Shown: piece by piece, positions 28,051 through 37,294 of the stretch | How the letters are laid out: each line of letters starts with the position of its first letter | Position numbering within the stretch: position 1 is the first letter of the stretch | Source of the DNA: Candidatus Latescibacterota bacterium | GTDB taxonomy: Bacteria; Latescibacterota; UBA2968; SICM01 | DNA length: 64,000 nucleotides | Reading direction: 5' to 3' | Assembly (NCBI GenBank): GCA_965217865.1 | Contig: CBDCJO010000002.1 | Span: forward strand, 899,178 to 963,177 | Notes under the pieces: generated by a model | Database searches by the model: none | What the model saw: the letters and a program-made list of their open reading frames with translations, nothing else | What the model was told of the DNA's origin: nothing | Position numbers and translations under genes: made by a program

Positions 28051-28827
28051 TTGAAAGTTCCTAACCTACAAAATTACCAAGATCACCGGGAAAGAGTGGC
28101 TGACTATTCAGATAGTTCAAAATGGAGCTCGTCATTTCACACGAGTAGTTATCGGCAGCTATCTGAGATGTATATGATTTGTAACTTGGTATCAGAATTA
28201 TATCGATCCAAGTTCATCGGTTTCTCTGTTGATGATATTTCGTCTGTACTGGATGTAGGCTGTGGATGCGGCTTCGGCTCCCGCATGTGGTCTCCAATTG
28301 CAAAGGAGGTATTTGCCTTCGATTTGGGAAGGGAGGGTATCGATATTGCTCGATTGAAATGGTCACATTTGGGAAACTTACATTTCTTTGTTGGCGATGG
28401 TATTTATCCAGACAGAATTACAGAGTTGAAAGGACGGATTTTTGATTTGTGCCTCATACGTGAATTTCTTCCATTCACACGATACTTAAAGGTAGAAGGG
28501 AAACCAGTTAATCATAGGCAGTTATTAATGAAGTACATGGATTTTTTAAGACCAGGAGGTTTATGTATCATTTGGCATCACTTGCGTCGATACAGATGGG
28601 AAACAGAAGGCCTTTTGAAATTTAATGAAATATCGAATGAATATTTAAATGTCTATGGACCTGTTGACCCACACCTATATTACCATTTCCCTGCCGGAAA
28701 AGGTTCCATACCTAGAGCTTTCTCGAGACTCACTTTCTTTGATTTTATAAAATTTGCATGTGTAGTATCGAAAATTACATGGTTGACTTCAAGAAAACCT
28801 TTTAAACTAATTGCTATAGTGAAGTAA
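28051..28827 (+). CDS. class I SAM-dependent methyltransferase in a visibly AT-rich segment
   Basis: VLDVGCGCGFGS and LRPGGLCIIW. I chose the TTG at 28051, which has AGGAG 8 nt upstream; the track ORF starts at 28012. The last codons and the stop (gtg aag taa) lie inside the terminal sequence of the decayed IS200 copy. Confidence 0.6.
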   Translation: MKVPNLQNYQDHRERVADYSDSSKWSSSFHTSSYRQLSEMYMICNLVSELYRSKFIGFSVDDISSVLDVGCGCGFGSRMWSPIAKEVFAFDLGREGIDIARLKWSHLGNLHFFVGDGIYPDRITELKGRIFDLCLIREFLPFTRYLKVEGKPVNHRQLLMKYMDFLRPGGLCIIWHHLRRYRWETEGLLKFNEISNEYLNVYGPVDPHLYYHFPAGKGSIPRAFSRLTFFDFIKFACVVSKITWLTSRKPFKLIAIVK

Positions 28828-29058
28828 ATCACCCCGCCCAAAGGGCGGGGCATTAACCACTCCCCTCCCCAAACAGATCCAACTGTAGGGGCCCTTTCTG
28901 CTCTTGAAGATGAAACCGAATATATCCTCTGATCACTTTAGAAGTTACCTTTTCGACTACGGTACGGACAAAACAGCCTTTTAGCTTACCCTCAGCAAGC
29001 TAAACTTTTCCTCCCCTTCCAAAGGAAGGGGTATCCAAGTTCAAATACTTTCATGAAA
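28820..29058 (-). mobile_element. decayed, internally deleted IS200/IS605 derivative (both ends retained, tnpA mostly deleted)
   Basis: The reverse complement aligns to 12663..~12745 (both left-end hairpins) and then jumps to ~13130..13275 (the 3' end of tnpA plus the right-end hairpin), with scattered mismatches. The shared peptide MKVF[G/E]LGYPFLWKGRKSLAC in track ORFs 12667..12927 and 28992..29186 is a read-through artefact of the same repeat. Confidence 0.8.
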
Positions 29059-29300
29059 AGCCACTGAGCATGCATTCCTATGGGCACTTCCCATAACATG
29101 AAGATACCCGCTGCGCGGAATTCGCCACTTAACCTTCGGCACACTGGCCGCGCCAGGGGTAGGGATCTCAGAATCATTGTGCGCAATGCCAGCCTTACCC
29201 GCCAAAGGCAAAAGCGTCTACGACAATGAACAGCTATCCGTTTATAAAGATCTTTTCGAGCGATTGGCCATTTGCCATTTTTTCAATATAATTCGAAATT

Positions 29301-30368
29301 ATGAAAGGTATATCCGATCGGATCCGGAGGATTTTGCTTGCAGGAACAGGTCAATATGAATGGTACGCCTCCGCGTGGGTCCGAGCCCTCAAGGCGCTTG
29401 ACCTTGAAGTCATACATTATGACTGGACCGAATATTGGTCGAAGGGTACCCTGGGAGACTTTGAGAGGCGGTTTATGTATGGACTGGCTCTATATCGTAT
29501 AAACAGGGCTTTGGTCGAATGTGTAGCAAACGTGAAGCCGGATCTGGTACTGATATTTGCGGGGATGCCGATATGGCCGGAGACGATAAAAAGCCTGCGT
29601 CAAGATTTTTGGGTGGCTGGATATCACAATGATGATCCCTTTGGTTCAAACGGAGATAGATCCTACTTTCGTATTTTTAAAAAGGCCATCCCCTTTTATT
29701 GCAGCCATCATGTCTACAGACAGGAAAATATTCAAGAATATCACAGGTTGGGCGTAAAGCATGTTAAGCAATTAAAAAGTTACTACCTGCCATGGATCGA
29801 TCAGCCTCCGAAGCTGACTTCGGAGGATAAAATGTGTTTTGGCCACGAGATCGTTTTCGTAGGGCACGCTGAAAAGGACACGCGGATTCAATATATTCGT
29901 GACCTTCTGGAGGCCGGATTGCCTCTAAAACTTTTCGGGGAGGAAAGATATTGGAGGCGATATTTGCCCACGCAGTTATATCGGCGGCTGAGCCCAATTC
30001 GCGAGGTATTCAATACCGATTATCGAAAAGTTTTAGCCGGGTCAAAAATCTGCCTATGTTTTTTTAGTGGACGCAATCGGGATCAGTATACGCGCAGGGT
30101 TTTCGAGATTCCCGCGTGCGGCGGCTTTTTGATGTGCCAGCGGACGGATGTCATGGGGGAATTATACGAGGAAGAAATCGAGGCCGAATGTTTTTCCTCT
30201 TCGGCGGAACTGATTCGAAAATGCCGATTTTATCTTGAAAACGATCACCTCCGGGGGGAAATTGCCGCGGCTGGACATCGTCGCTGCATCGAGAGTGGAT
30301 ATGACGTGGTAAGTCGAATGCGACAGTGGTTGGCCGATACGAATGGATTCATGGAAAAGGGTCTTTAA
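29301..30368 (+). CDS. CgeB-family (DUF3880 / Glyco_trans_1_2-like) glycosyltransferase
   Basis: IVFVGHAEKDTRIQYIRDLLEAGLPLKLFG, RVFEIPACGGFLMCQRTD, ELIRKCRFYLENDHLRGEIAAAGHRRC. Confidence 0.55.
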   Translation: MKGISDRIRRILLAGTGQYEWYASAWVRALKALDLEVIHYDWTEYWSKGTLGDFERRFMYGLALYRINRALVECVANVKPDLVLIFAGMPIWPETIKSLRQDFWVAGYHNDDPFGSNGDRSYFRIFKKAIPFYCSHHVYRQENIQEYHRLGVKHVKQLKSYYLPWIDQPPKLTSEDKMCFGHEIVFVGHAEKDTRIQYIRDLLEAGLPLKLFGEERYWRRYLPTQLYRRLSPIREVFNTDYRKVLAGSKICLCFFSGRNRDQYTRRVFEIPACGGFLMCQRTDVMGELYEEEIEAECFSSSAELIRKCRFYLENDHLRGEIAAAGHRRCIESGYDVVSRMRQWLADTNGFMEKGL

Positions 30369-30434
30369 CGGCTGAAATGTCGGAGGACTTACCTCACTTT
30401 ATCGGAATTTACCCACATTCGGGAGAGCCGGTTC

Positions 30435-32090
30435 ATGGTAATTGATCGTGCGGTTGGTATGTTTGCTTCATTCGGAAAATTTGTCGAAAGGTTTGTATTT
30501 CGTGGCGAGGCCAGCCCCACGTGGGACATTCGACGATCGGGAATCGTCTGTGCATTGCTCTTTGTTTTAGCCCTGAGGATCCGCCTGCCTTATATTTCAA
30601 TCGGCTTGCCGTATATGCATTTCTGGGACGAGTCGGAATTGGCTCGAGAGTCCGCATACATGTATGAAAACTGGACCGCAAAACCACAACGACCGACATA
30701 TGCATCCACGCACTACTACGCCCTTACCGGATGGTACGTCATCTGTCAAATATTCCAGTGGCCCCTTAAATTCCCCTACAATATTTATCATGCGAACGAT
30801 ATTGCAGATGTGAGTCAATTCCAGGTGAACTCCTCCTTTATTTACTATTCTGGACGGTTGTTGCAATCGTGTGTTGTCTCTCTGGGAATCGTACTTGTAT
30901 ATCTTTTGGCCATCAGATGTTCCTGTCTTGCGGTCGCGCTGTGGGCGTTTTTCTTCCTTTGCCTGAATTACGCAGAGTTTATTCAATCGCTTTATATGAA
31001 CGTACACACCTTTGCGACGGTGTTCTGCGTGGCTGGACTGTATTGCTTACAATTATCCGCAGATTCCAAAAGGCCCGGGGAAAAATATTATTTGATTCTT
31101 CTGAGCGGGGTTTTCTTCGGAATTGGTGGAGGAACCAATTTTTTTCCGCTTGTTGCAAGCGGGCTTGCCGTTTTGTTTATTTGCCGTTCGCGCGATCTGA
31201 ATCTCGGCATCCTTCTCCCATTCATGATCGTTGTTTTGACCTGTTTCGTTTTAAGCAGCCCCTATCTCTTTCTGGATCGCCCGTTATCGAGCGGAGACGG
31301 GCTCTCTCCGTTGGGATGGGTTGTTGCTAACCTGGAGTCGTATGCGAAAATGGGTGGGGCCCTTGTCCTTGCGACGAAAATACAGTCCTGTTTAAGTTAT
31401 TTGGTTTCGTTCGTTTTCGGTTGGATCATGTCTGTTTTCATGATATTCGGAATGGCTCGGTTGCTTTCCACGGAAAAGCTTCGACAGACCGTGCTTCTGG
31501 AGATCGTTCTCCTATCGTTTATGGCCGTCTGGTCCCTCTCAAGGCAGTCCCAACTCTACCACCGCCATCTTGCACTTGCACTCCCTAGGGTGCGCAATCC
31601 TTGTCGCCCTCGGGATCGACTGGGCCATCGGGTGGGGAATTCGCGTATACCGACGGTTTTCTCCGGTTATGAGGAAACAAGAACGCGAGCCATTCGATGG
31701 ATACTGGAAATGGCTGAAACCAATCCTCCCAAACCGGTTCTTGTTGATTCTAGATTATGGCGAGAGCCAAGCGCAGTACAGGCCGATCACCCTAATGTAA
31801 AACTTTTTGATGATCGTCCAACAATCGTCGATTACAGCAAAGAAAAAGGATTGGGTTATGTCGTAGGTTTTCCAAAGGCATCCTTCGGAGCTAAACTGAA
31901 GCCAACGCGAGAACAAATCATAAAGGTATTCAAACGAAGCCCGGAACAGGAGCGGCTGCGGGAGGCGATGCAAAGGATCGTTGGGGCTTCCCAAAATATC
32001 GGAAAGCACAGTGGGATGTTTTATCGTCCCGCGCGTTATCCGACGATCGATCCGGAGGTTGTGGTGGTTTTATTGCATGGGGTGGGGTAG
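30435..32090 (+). CDS. GT-C-like polytopic membrane glycosyltransferase (ArnT/PMT-like) with a C-terminal soluble domain
   Basis: 551 aa. An acidic motif follows the first helix (YMHFWDESELARE), then about 10 hydrophobic segments and a hydrophilic tail. GGAGAG Shine-Dalgarno upstream. Confidence 0.5.
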   Translation: MVIDRAVGMFASFGKFVERFVFRGEASPTWDIRRSGIVCALLFVLALRIRLPYISIGLPYMHFWDESELARESAYMYENWTAKPQRPTYASTHYYALTGWYVICQIFQWPLKFPYNIYHANDIADVSQFQVNSSFIYYSGRLLQSCVVSLGIVLVYLLAIRCSCLAVALWAFFFLCLNYAEFIQSLYMNVHTFATVFCVAGLYCLQLSADSKRPGEKYYLILLSGVFFGIGGGTNFFPLVASGLAVLFICRSRDLNLGILLPFMIVVLTCFVLSSPYLFLDRPLSSGDGLSPLGWVVANLESYAKMGGALVLATKIQSCLSYLVSFVFGWIMSVFMIFGMARLLSTEKLRQTVLLEIVLLSFMAVWSLSRQSQLYHRHLALALPRVRNPCRPRDRLGHRVGNSRIPTVFSGYEETRTRAIRWILEMAETNPPKPVLVDSRLWREPSAVQADHPNVKLFDDRPTIVDYSKEKGLGYVVGFPKASFGAKLKPTREQIIKVFKRSPEQERLREAMQRIVGASQNIGKHSGMFYRPARYPTIDPEVVVVLLHGVG

Positions 32091-32122
32091 TTTTTGGCAA
32101 TTGGAGATAAAATAACAGAACA

Positions 32123-33334
32123 GTGAACATGGCAAACAGCCTTGAACCATCATTTCGAATCGGAGTCGGTGGATTTGAGATAACCGACCGTGCCAGAGAC
32201 TATGTGAACAAGGTTCTTGACAGCAACCGTCTTTCTCACGGAAAGTTTTCCCAGACCTTTGAAAACGCCTTTGCCCGGTTGCACGATGTCAGGTATGCGG
32301 TTTTCTGCAACAGCGGTACTTCCGCCCTGCATATCGCCTTAGCTTGTTTGAAGGAGACTGAAAAGTGGGAGGAGGGGGACGAAGTTGTCCTGCCTGCGGT
32401 GACGTTCGTGGCCACTTCAAACATGGTGCTGATCAACAATCTCACACCCGTTTTCGTGGATGTCGACCCGAGGACCTACAACATCGATCCAGAAAAGATT
32501 GAGGAGAAGATCACCGATCGTACGCGTGCTGTCATGCCCGTGCACCTCTTTGGTCAACCCTGCGAAATGGATCCGATTATGGAGATCACAAGACGCCGTG
32601 GTCTGCGCGTGATCGAAGATTCCGCCGAAACCATGTTCGCACGGTACAAAGGAAAACCCGTCGGGTCGTGGGGGGACATGGCATGTTTTTCAACCTATAT
32701 AGCACACCTCCTTATCACCGGGGTGGGGGGAATGGCGGTGACGAATAATCCCGATTATGCCATCATCATGAGAAGTTTGATGAATCATGGACGTGATTCG
32801 GTCTATCTGAACATCGACGAACGGGAAGAATCTTCGGATGCCCGTCTAAAACTAGCAGAAGGTCGTTTTCGTTTTGTACGTTTTGGCCACAGCTTTCGCG
32901 CGACGGAATTAGAGGCGGCCCTTGGCCTGGCTCAGCTTGAAGAAATGGACGGGCTTCTTGAACGCCGTAAACGCAACTCCCAATCATTACTTAGAGGATT
33001 GGTAAAATTCAGTGAGTTCCTTCAACTTCCTGCGTGGCCTGACCATGCCGATCACGTCTTCATGATGTTTCCTATCGTCATACGAGATTCCGCAATCAAG
33101 AAGAGAGATCTGATATCCTTTCTTGAAAATCATGGGGTGGAAACAAGAGATATGCTGCCTTTGCTAAACCAGCCTATATACCAGGAACGGTATGGCGATC
33201 TCGAGAGTCAGTACCCCGTGGCGAAATGGATTAACCGTTCAGGTTTTTATATAGGATGCCACCCTTATCTTGGCGAAGAACAGATTGACTATGTGATCAC
33301 TCAATTTGAAAAGTTTTTTTCGAGGAGGGGATAA
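32123..33334 (+). CDS. DegT-family PMP-dependent NDP-4-keto-6-deoxy-sugar 3-dehydratase (ColD/E1-like), His in place of the Schiff-base Lys
   Basis: [27 protein letters not shown] aligns without gaps up to the catalytic position with [28 protein letters not shown] of the 8826 aminotransferase, placing H where that enzyme has K. The gene lies directly upstream of gmd. The start may be the ATG at 32129. Confidence 0.6.
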   Translation: MNMANSLEPSFRIGVGGFEITDRARDYVNKVLDSNRLSHGKFSQTFENAFARLHDVRYAVFCNSGTSALHIALACLKETEKWEEGDEVVLPAVTFVATSNMVLINNLTPVFVDVDPRTYNIDPEKIEEKITDRTRAVMPVHLFGQPCEMDPIMEITRRRGLRVIEDSAETMFARYKGKPVGSWGDMACFSTYIAHLLITGVGGMAVTNNPDYAIIMRSLMNHGRDSVYLNIDEREESSDARLKLAEGRFRFVRFGHSFRATELEAALGLAQLEEMDGLLERRKRNSQSLLRGLVKFSEFLQLPAWPDHADHVFMMFPIVIRDSAIKKRDLISFLENHGVETRDMLPLLNQPIYQERYGDLESQYPVAKWINRSGFYIGCHPYLGEEQIDYVITQFEKFFSRRG

Positions 33335-34347
33335 TGGAAGGGAAAAAGGCGCTGATCACCGGGGTTACCGGTCAAGACGGGTCGTATCTTTGTGAATTTC
33401 TCCTGGAAAAGGGCTATGAGGTCCACGGAATCATTCGTCGGTCGAGTTCGTTTAATACCAGCCGAGTGATGCATATTTTCCAGGATCCACACGAAAAAGA
33501 GACACGGTTTTCCCTTCACTACGGCGACTTGAATGATGCCTCTTCGATCAGTCGGTTGATTTCCAAAATCAAGCCAGATGAGATATATAATCTGGGTGCG
33601 CAAAGTCACGTGCGGGTCAGTTTTGACATTCCTGAATACACGACCGAAATCGATGCCCTGGGGACGTTGCGAATCCTTGATGCGATCAGGGAAGAAGGGG
33701 TTGTGACGAAGTTTTACCAGGCTTCGAGCAGCGAATTGTTCGGAAAAACGGTTGAAGTTCCTCAGAAAGAGACAACCCCTTTTGCCCCCCAGAGTCCCTA
33801 TGCTTGTGCCAAGCTTTATGCCTTATGGATTACGAGAAATTACCGTGAAGCTTACAACATATATGCATGCAATGGGATCCTTTTTAATCACGAGTCTCCC
33901 AGACGAGGCGAGACGTTCGTCACGCGTAAAATCACGAGAGGAATCGCCAGGATTCTCGCAAAGAAAGATGAGAAAATCTTTCTGGGAAACCTCGATTCAA
34001 AACGAGACTGGGGGTATGCAAAGGACTATGTTCGGGCTATGTGGCTTATGATGCAACAGGATGAACCGGATGATTACGTTATTGCTACGGGAGAAACCCA
34101 TTCTGTGCGTGAATATCTTGATGAGGCGTTTTCACTGGTTGGTTTGCGCTGGGAGGATTATGTCGAAATCGATCCTCGCTACTTCCGTCCGCTGGAGGTG
34201 GATATCTTGATGGGTGATGCATCCAAGGCTGAGAAAAAATTCGGATGGAAGCCGACCGTATCTTTCGAGCAACTGGTAAAAATAATGCTGGAGGCGGACC
34301 TCAAAGCGGAGGGGATGGATCCGGGGGATGTCATTCTGGAAAAATAA
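33334..34347 (+). CDS. gmd: GDP-mannose 4,6-dehydratase
   Basis: [69 protein letters not shown]. An AGGAGG Shine-Dalgarno precedes it, and the ATG overlaps the upstream TAA. Confidence 0.9.
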   Translation: MEGKKALITGVTGQDGSYLCEFLLEKGYEVHGIIRRSSSFNTSRVMHIFQDPHEKETRFSLHYGDLNDASSISRLISKIKPDEIYNLGAQSHVRVSFDIPEYTTEIDALGTLRILDAIREEGVVTKFYQASSSELFGKTVEVPQKETTPFAPQSPYACAKLYALWITRNYREAYNIYACNGILFNHESPRRGETFVTRKITRGIARILAKKDEKIFLGNLDSKRDWGYAKDYVRAMWLMMQQDEPDDYVIATGETHSVREYLDEAFSLVGLRWEDYVEIDPRYFRPLEVDILMGDASKAEKKFGWKPTVSFEQLVKIMLEADLKAEGMDPGDVILEK

Positions 34348-35302
34348 ACGCGTGGTGGTCACAGGCGGCTCAGGATTCATCGGAAGCCATCTGGTGGAAC
34401 GGCTTCTAGAGGCGGGAGCTCTCGTTACAGTACCGGTGCGGGGCGAAGAAAGCCATCTGGGGTTTTTGAAGGCCGTCCGCGAGGATGTTAAGATCTGTAT
34501 CGGCGACCTGATGGAAATCGACGCATGTTTAATGGCGATCGAAGGCCATGAGATCGTGATGAACCTGGCCGCCCGTGTCGGCGGTGTTGATTTCAATATC
34601 CGACATCCGGGTTCGATATTTCGGAATAATTTGCAATTGTTCATGAATGTTCTCGAGGCCTCCCGGAAGTGCGGGGTGGAGAGATTCCTCGTCACAAGTT
34701 CAGCCTGTGTGTATCCTCGATTTTGCACCATTCCAACCCCGGAAGAAGAAGGAGTGCTGGATCGCCCGGAACCCACGAACGAAGGTTACGGCTGGGCCAA
34801 ACGGATGGAGGAGTTTCTGGGCGATGCCTACGCCCGAGAATTCGGGATGAAGATCGCTGTTGCCAGGCCATACAATGCGTATGGTCCCCGTGACAATTTT
34901 AACCCGGACTCTTCCCACGTCATCCCCGCTTTGATTAAACGGATCTTCGACGGAGAAAATCCCTTAGTGGTCTGGAGTGACGGTACGCCATCGAGATCTT
35001 TTCTATTTGTGAGTGACTTTGTCCGGGGGTTGATGGAGGTTGCCGAAAAATATACGGAAAGCGATCCGTTGAACCTTGGAGCGGATGAGGAGATCAATAT
35101 TCGAAACCTGTCTGAACTATTGGTCGAATTAAGTGGAAAGGATATCCGAATAAAATTTGATGCCTCGAAGCCGGGAGGTCAACCCCGGAGAAAATGTGAT
35201 ATCCGAAAGGCCTACGAGAAAATCGGATTTCGCGCGCAGGTTCCCCTGCGAGAGGGTTTAAGACGAACGATCGATTGGTACAAATCCGAGTTTTCCGGGT
35301 GA
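34328..35302 (+). CDS. GDP-L-fucose synthase / GDP-L-colitose synthase-like epimerase-reductase (extended SDR)
   Basis: [23 protein letters not shown]...[29 protein letters not shown]. The gene overlaps the 3' end of gmd by 20 nt. Confidence 0.6.
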   Translation: MSFWKNKRVVVTGGSGFIGSHLVERLLEAGALVTVPVRGEESHLGFLKAVREDVKICIGDLMEIDACLMAIEGHEIVMNLAARVGGVDFNIRHPGSIFRNNLQLFMNVLEASRKCGVERFLVTSSACVYPRFCTIPTPEEEGVLDRPEPTNEGYGWAKRMEEFLGDAYAREFGMKIAVARPYNAYGPRDNFNPDSSHVIPALIKRIFDGENPLVVWSDGTPSRSFLFVSDFVRGLMEVAEKYTESDPLNLGADEEINIRNLSELLVELSGKDIRIKFDASKPGGQPRRKCDIRKAYEKIGFRAQVPLREGLRRTIDWYKSEFSG

Positions 35303-35307
35303 ATAGA

Positions 35308-36006
35308 ATGAGAGTATCGCTTGTCATCTTGACCTTGAATGAAATTGACGGGCTACGTGCGCTCTACGATCGTATCCCGATTCAGGGCGTGGATGAGGTT
35401 TTTGCGGTTGACGGGGGATCGACTGACGGCACTCGAGAATTTTATCGTGACATGGGATTGAAAGTCATCGATCAGAGGTCCCGGGGGCGGGGGGAGGCCT
35501 TCAGAATCGCGTTTCAACATGCTTCAGGAGATGCGCTTATTTTTTATAGTCCAGATGGAAACGAAGATCCAACCGATATCCCGAAGTTTGCTCCGCTATT
35601 AAAAGAGGGTTATGATCTCGTGATTGCCTCCCGTATGATGCGAGGGGCCCGCAACGAGGAGGATGAAGATTTGTTTCGGTGGCGCAAATGGGCAAACCAG
35701 ATGTTTACGCGCAAGGCCAATTTTCTGTGGAACCGGGGCGGGACTTTCGTTACGGATACGATCAACGGTTTTCGAGCGATAAACAGAACGGCCTTTGAAA
35801 AAATAAAATTGGATAGCGTGGGGTACACGATAGAGTATCAGATGAGTATTCGAGCCATGAAGCTGGGTTTACGGATTGCAGAATTTCCGACCTTTGAAGG
35901 ATCGCGAATCGGGGGCGAAAGCTATGCGAAATCCTTTCCATTAGGGATTCAGATGCTTAAGACATTGTGGTCTGAAATGTGGACCGGGAATTCGTTTGAA
36001 TCCTGA
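35308..36006 (+). CDS. GT2 glycosyltransferase, polyprenyl-phosphate sugar synthase-like
   Basis: MRVSLVILTLNEIDGL...VFAVDGGSTDGT and YSPDGNEDP. I chose the ATG at 35308, just after the upstream stop; the track ORF starts at 35275. Confidence 0.7.
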   Translation: MRVSLVILTLNEIDGLRALYDRIPIQGVDEVFAVDGGSTDGTREFYRDMGLKVIDQRSRGRGEAFRIAFQHASGDALIFYSPDGNEDPTDIPKFAPLLKEGYDLVIASRMMRGARNEEDEDLFRWRKWANQMFTRKANFLWNRGGTFVTDTINGFRAINRTAFEKIKLDSVGYTIEYQMSIRAMKLGLRIAEFPTFEGSRIGGESYAKSFPLGIQMLKTLWSEMWTGNSFES

Positions 36007-36085
36007 GCCGGAAAGACACGCAAAAATCATCCTTGGCTATACGGAAAGGATTGGTCCAGGCTGAACTATTTTCCCTCAATGAACA

Positions 36086-37270
36086 GTGTCTGATGATGGC
36101 CCCCCTATGATTCCCGTAAAGCCTCTAAATTTGTGGATCGATGCCAGCAACTGCAGGGACGGGGGTGGGATCACGCATTTGTTGGAGGTTGTGCCCCGGT
36201 TGGCGGAATATTGGCCTCGTGGAAAGCTCAAAGTCTTTGCCGGAAGAAATGAGCGCCAATTATTGAGAAGACGATCCGAGACAATCAAACTGCCAGAAAT
36301 TCCAGATCTGGATGAAGGACTATCGAAACGCTTGAGGTGGCAGAAATACGGTTATCCCAAGCTTATCCAGGATGAAAATCATGGAGGAATCGCGTATGCC
36401 CCCGGAGGTATTTTAACCGCATCCTTCCAAAAAGATATTGCAGCGGTGACCATGTGTCGAAATATGTTGCCTTTTGAAGCCCGCGAAGCGATTCGATACG
36501 GGTTTTCAAGAATGCTATTGCGGCTTGCCCTATTGCGAAGAGGCCAGTTACAATCTTTCCGGCGTGCGAACGGCGTCATTTTCATTTCCAGATATGCGGA
36601 AAAGAGGGTAGGGAGCATTCTTCCCGATGGAATTTGTAGCACCACGATCCCTCACGGAATAGGGGATGAATTTAGACATCCACCAGAAGACGAGCGAATT
36701 CTCCAAACACCACGCCGGCTGCTCTATGTATCAATTATAGACGTGTATAAGCATCAATGTAAGGTTGTGGAAGCACTAAAACTCCTCGTATCCCGAGGAC
36801 ACGATCTCACCCTTGATCTGGTCGGTGGTGAGTACCCACCGGCCAGAAAACGTCTCGATCGAGCTATAAATCGGACTGGGCAGAAGGACCGGGTAAATGT
36901 CCGCGGAAAGATTGATCATGGAGAATTGCCCGGGATTTACCGGGGAGGGGACATTTTTATATTTGCTTCAAGTTGCGAGAATCTTCCGAATATCCTTCTG
37001 GAGTCCATGGCATCCGGGCTGCCAATCGCGTGTTCCGATCGAGGACCGATGGGGGAAATTTCGCTAGATTCTGCCATCTATTTTGATCCAGAAAATCCCA
37101 CCAGCATAGCTGATGCTGTTGAGAAGTTAATCGAAGGTCCGGAACTGCGCAAGCGGTGCGCAAATCGGGCGTTTGAAATCGCGGCAGAATATTCCTGGGA
37201 AAGATGCGCTCGACAAACTTTTGAATTTCTTATAGAGGCTTGGAACCGGAAGCAAGCAGAGCCTGTCTAA
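36086..37270 (+). CDS. GT4 (GT-B) glycosyltransferase
   Basis: FASSCENLPNILLESMASGLPIACSDRGPMGE. The ATG at 36107 is an equally plausible start. Confidence 0.75.
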   Translation: MSDDGPPMIPVKPLNLWIDASNCRDGGGITHLLEVVPRLAEYWPRGKLKVFAGRNERQLLRRRSETIKLPEIPDLDEGLSKRLRWQKYGYPKLIQDENHGGIAYAPGGILTASFQKDIAAVTMCRNMLPFEAREAIRYGFSRMLLRLALLRRGQLQSFRRANGVIFISRYAEKRVGSILPDGICSTTIPHGIGDEFRHPPEDERILQTPRRLLYVSIIDVYKHQCKVVEALKLLVSRGHDLTLDLVGGEYPPARKRLDRAINRTGQKDRVNVRGKIDHGELPGIYRGGDIFIFASSCENLPNILLESMASGLPIACSDRGPMGEISLDSAIYFDPENPTSIADAVEKLIEGPELRKRCANRAFEIAAEYSWERCARQTFEFLIEAWNRKQAEPV

Positions 37271-37294
37271 CACTTGGAAGGGATCCTAGTCCTT

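Noticed and set aside
27972-29097. 14-nt inverted repeat gttatgggaagtgc (27972..27985) / gcacttcccataac (29084..29097) bracketing the AT-rich methyltransferase and the mini-IS
   Set aside because: By my rough estimate, a 14-mer match at this spacing is expected by chance with probability of a few tenths in a window this size. Flanking similarity is weak. It is not enough to call terminal repeats of a mobile cassette.
31570-31800. +1-frame ORF inside the GT-C gene whose translation (LGCAILVALGIDWAIGWGI) looks like a TM helix while the main frame is Arg-rich there. This was considered as evidence of compensating frameshifts.
   Set aside because: The main frame stays open for another ~170 codons and encodes a sensible soluble domain. 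A 77-codon alternative ORF is not unusual at this GC content. No homopolymer or other lesion is visible at the putative junctions.
34132-34776. 214-aa minus-strand ORF spanning the gmd/fcl-like junction
   Set aside because: It is antisense to two strongly supported CDSs, and its translation is Ser/Arg/Pro-rich.
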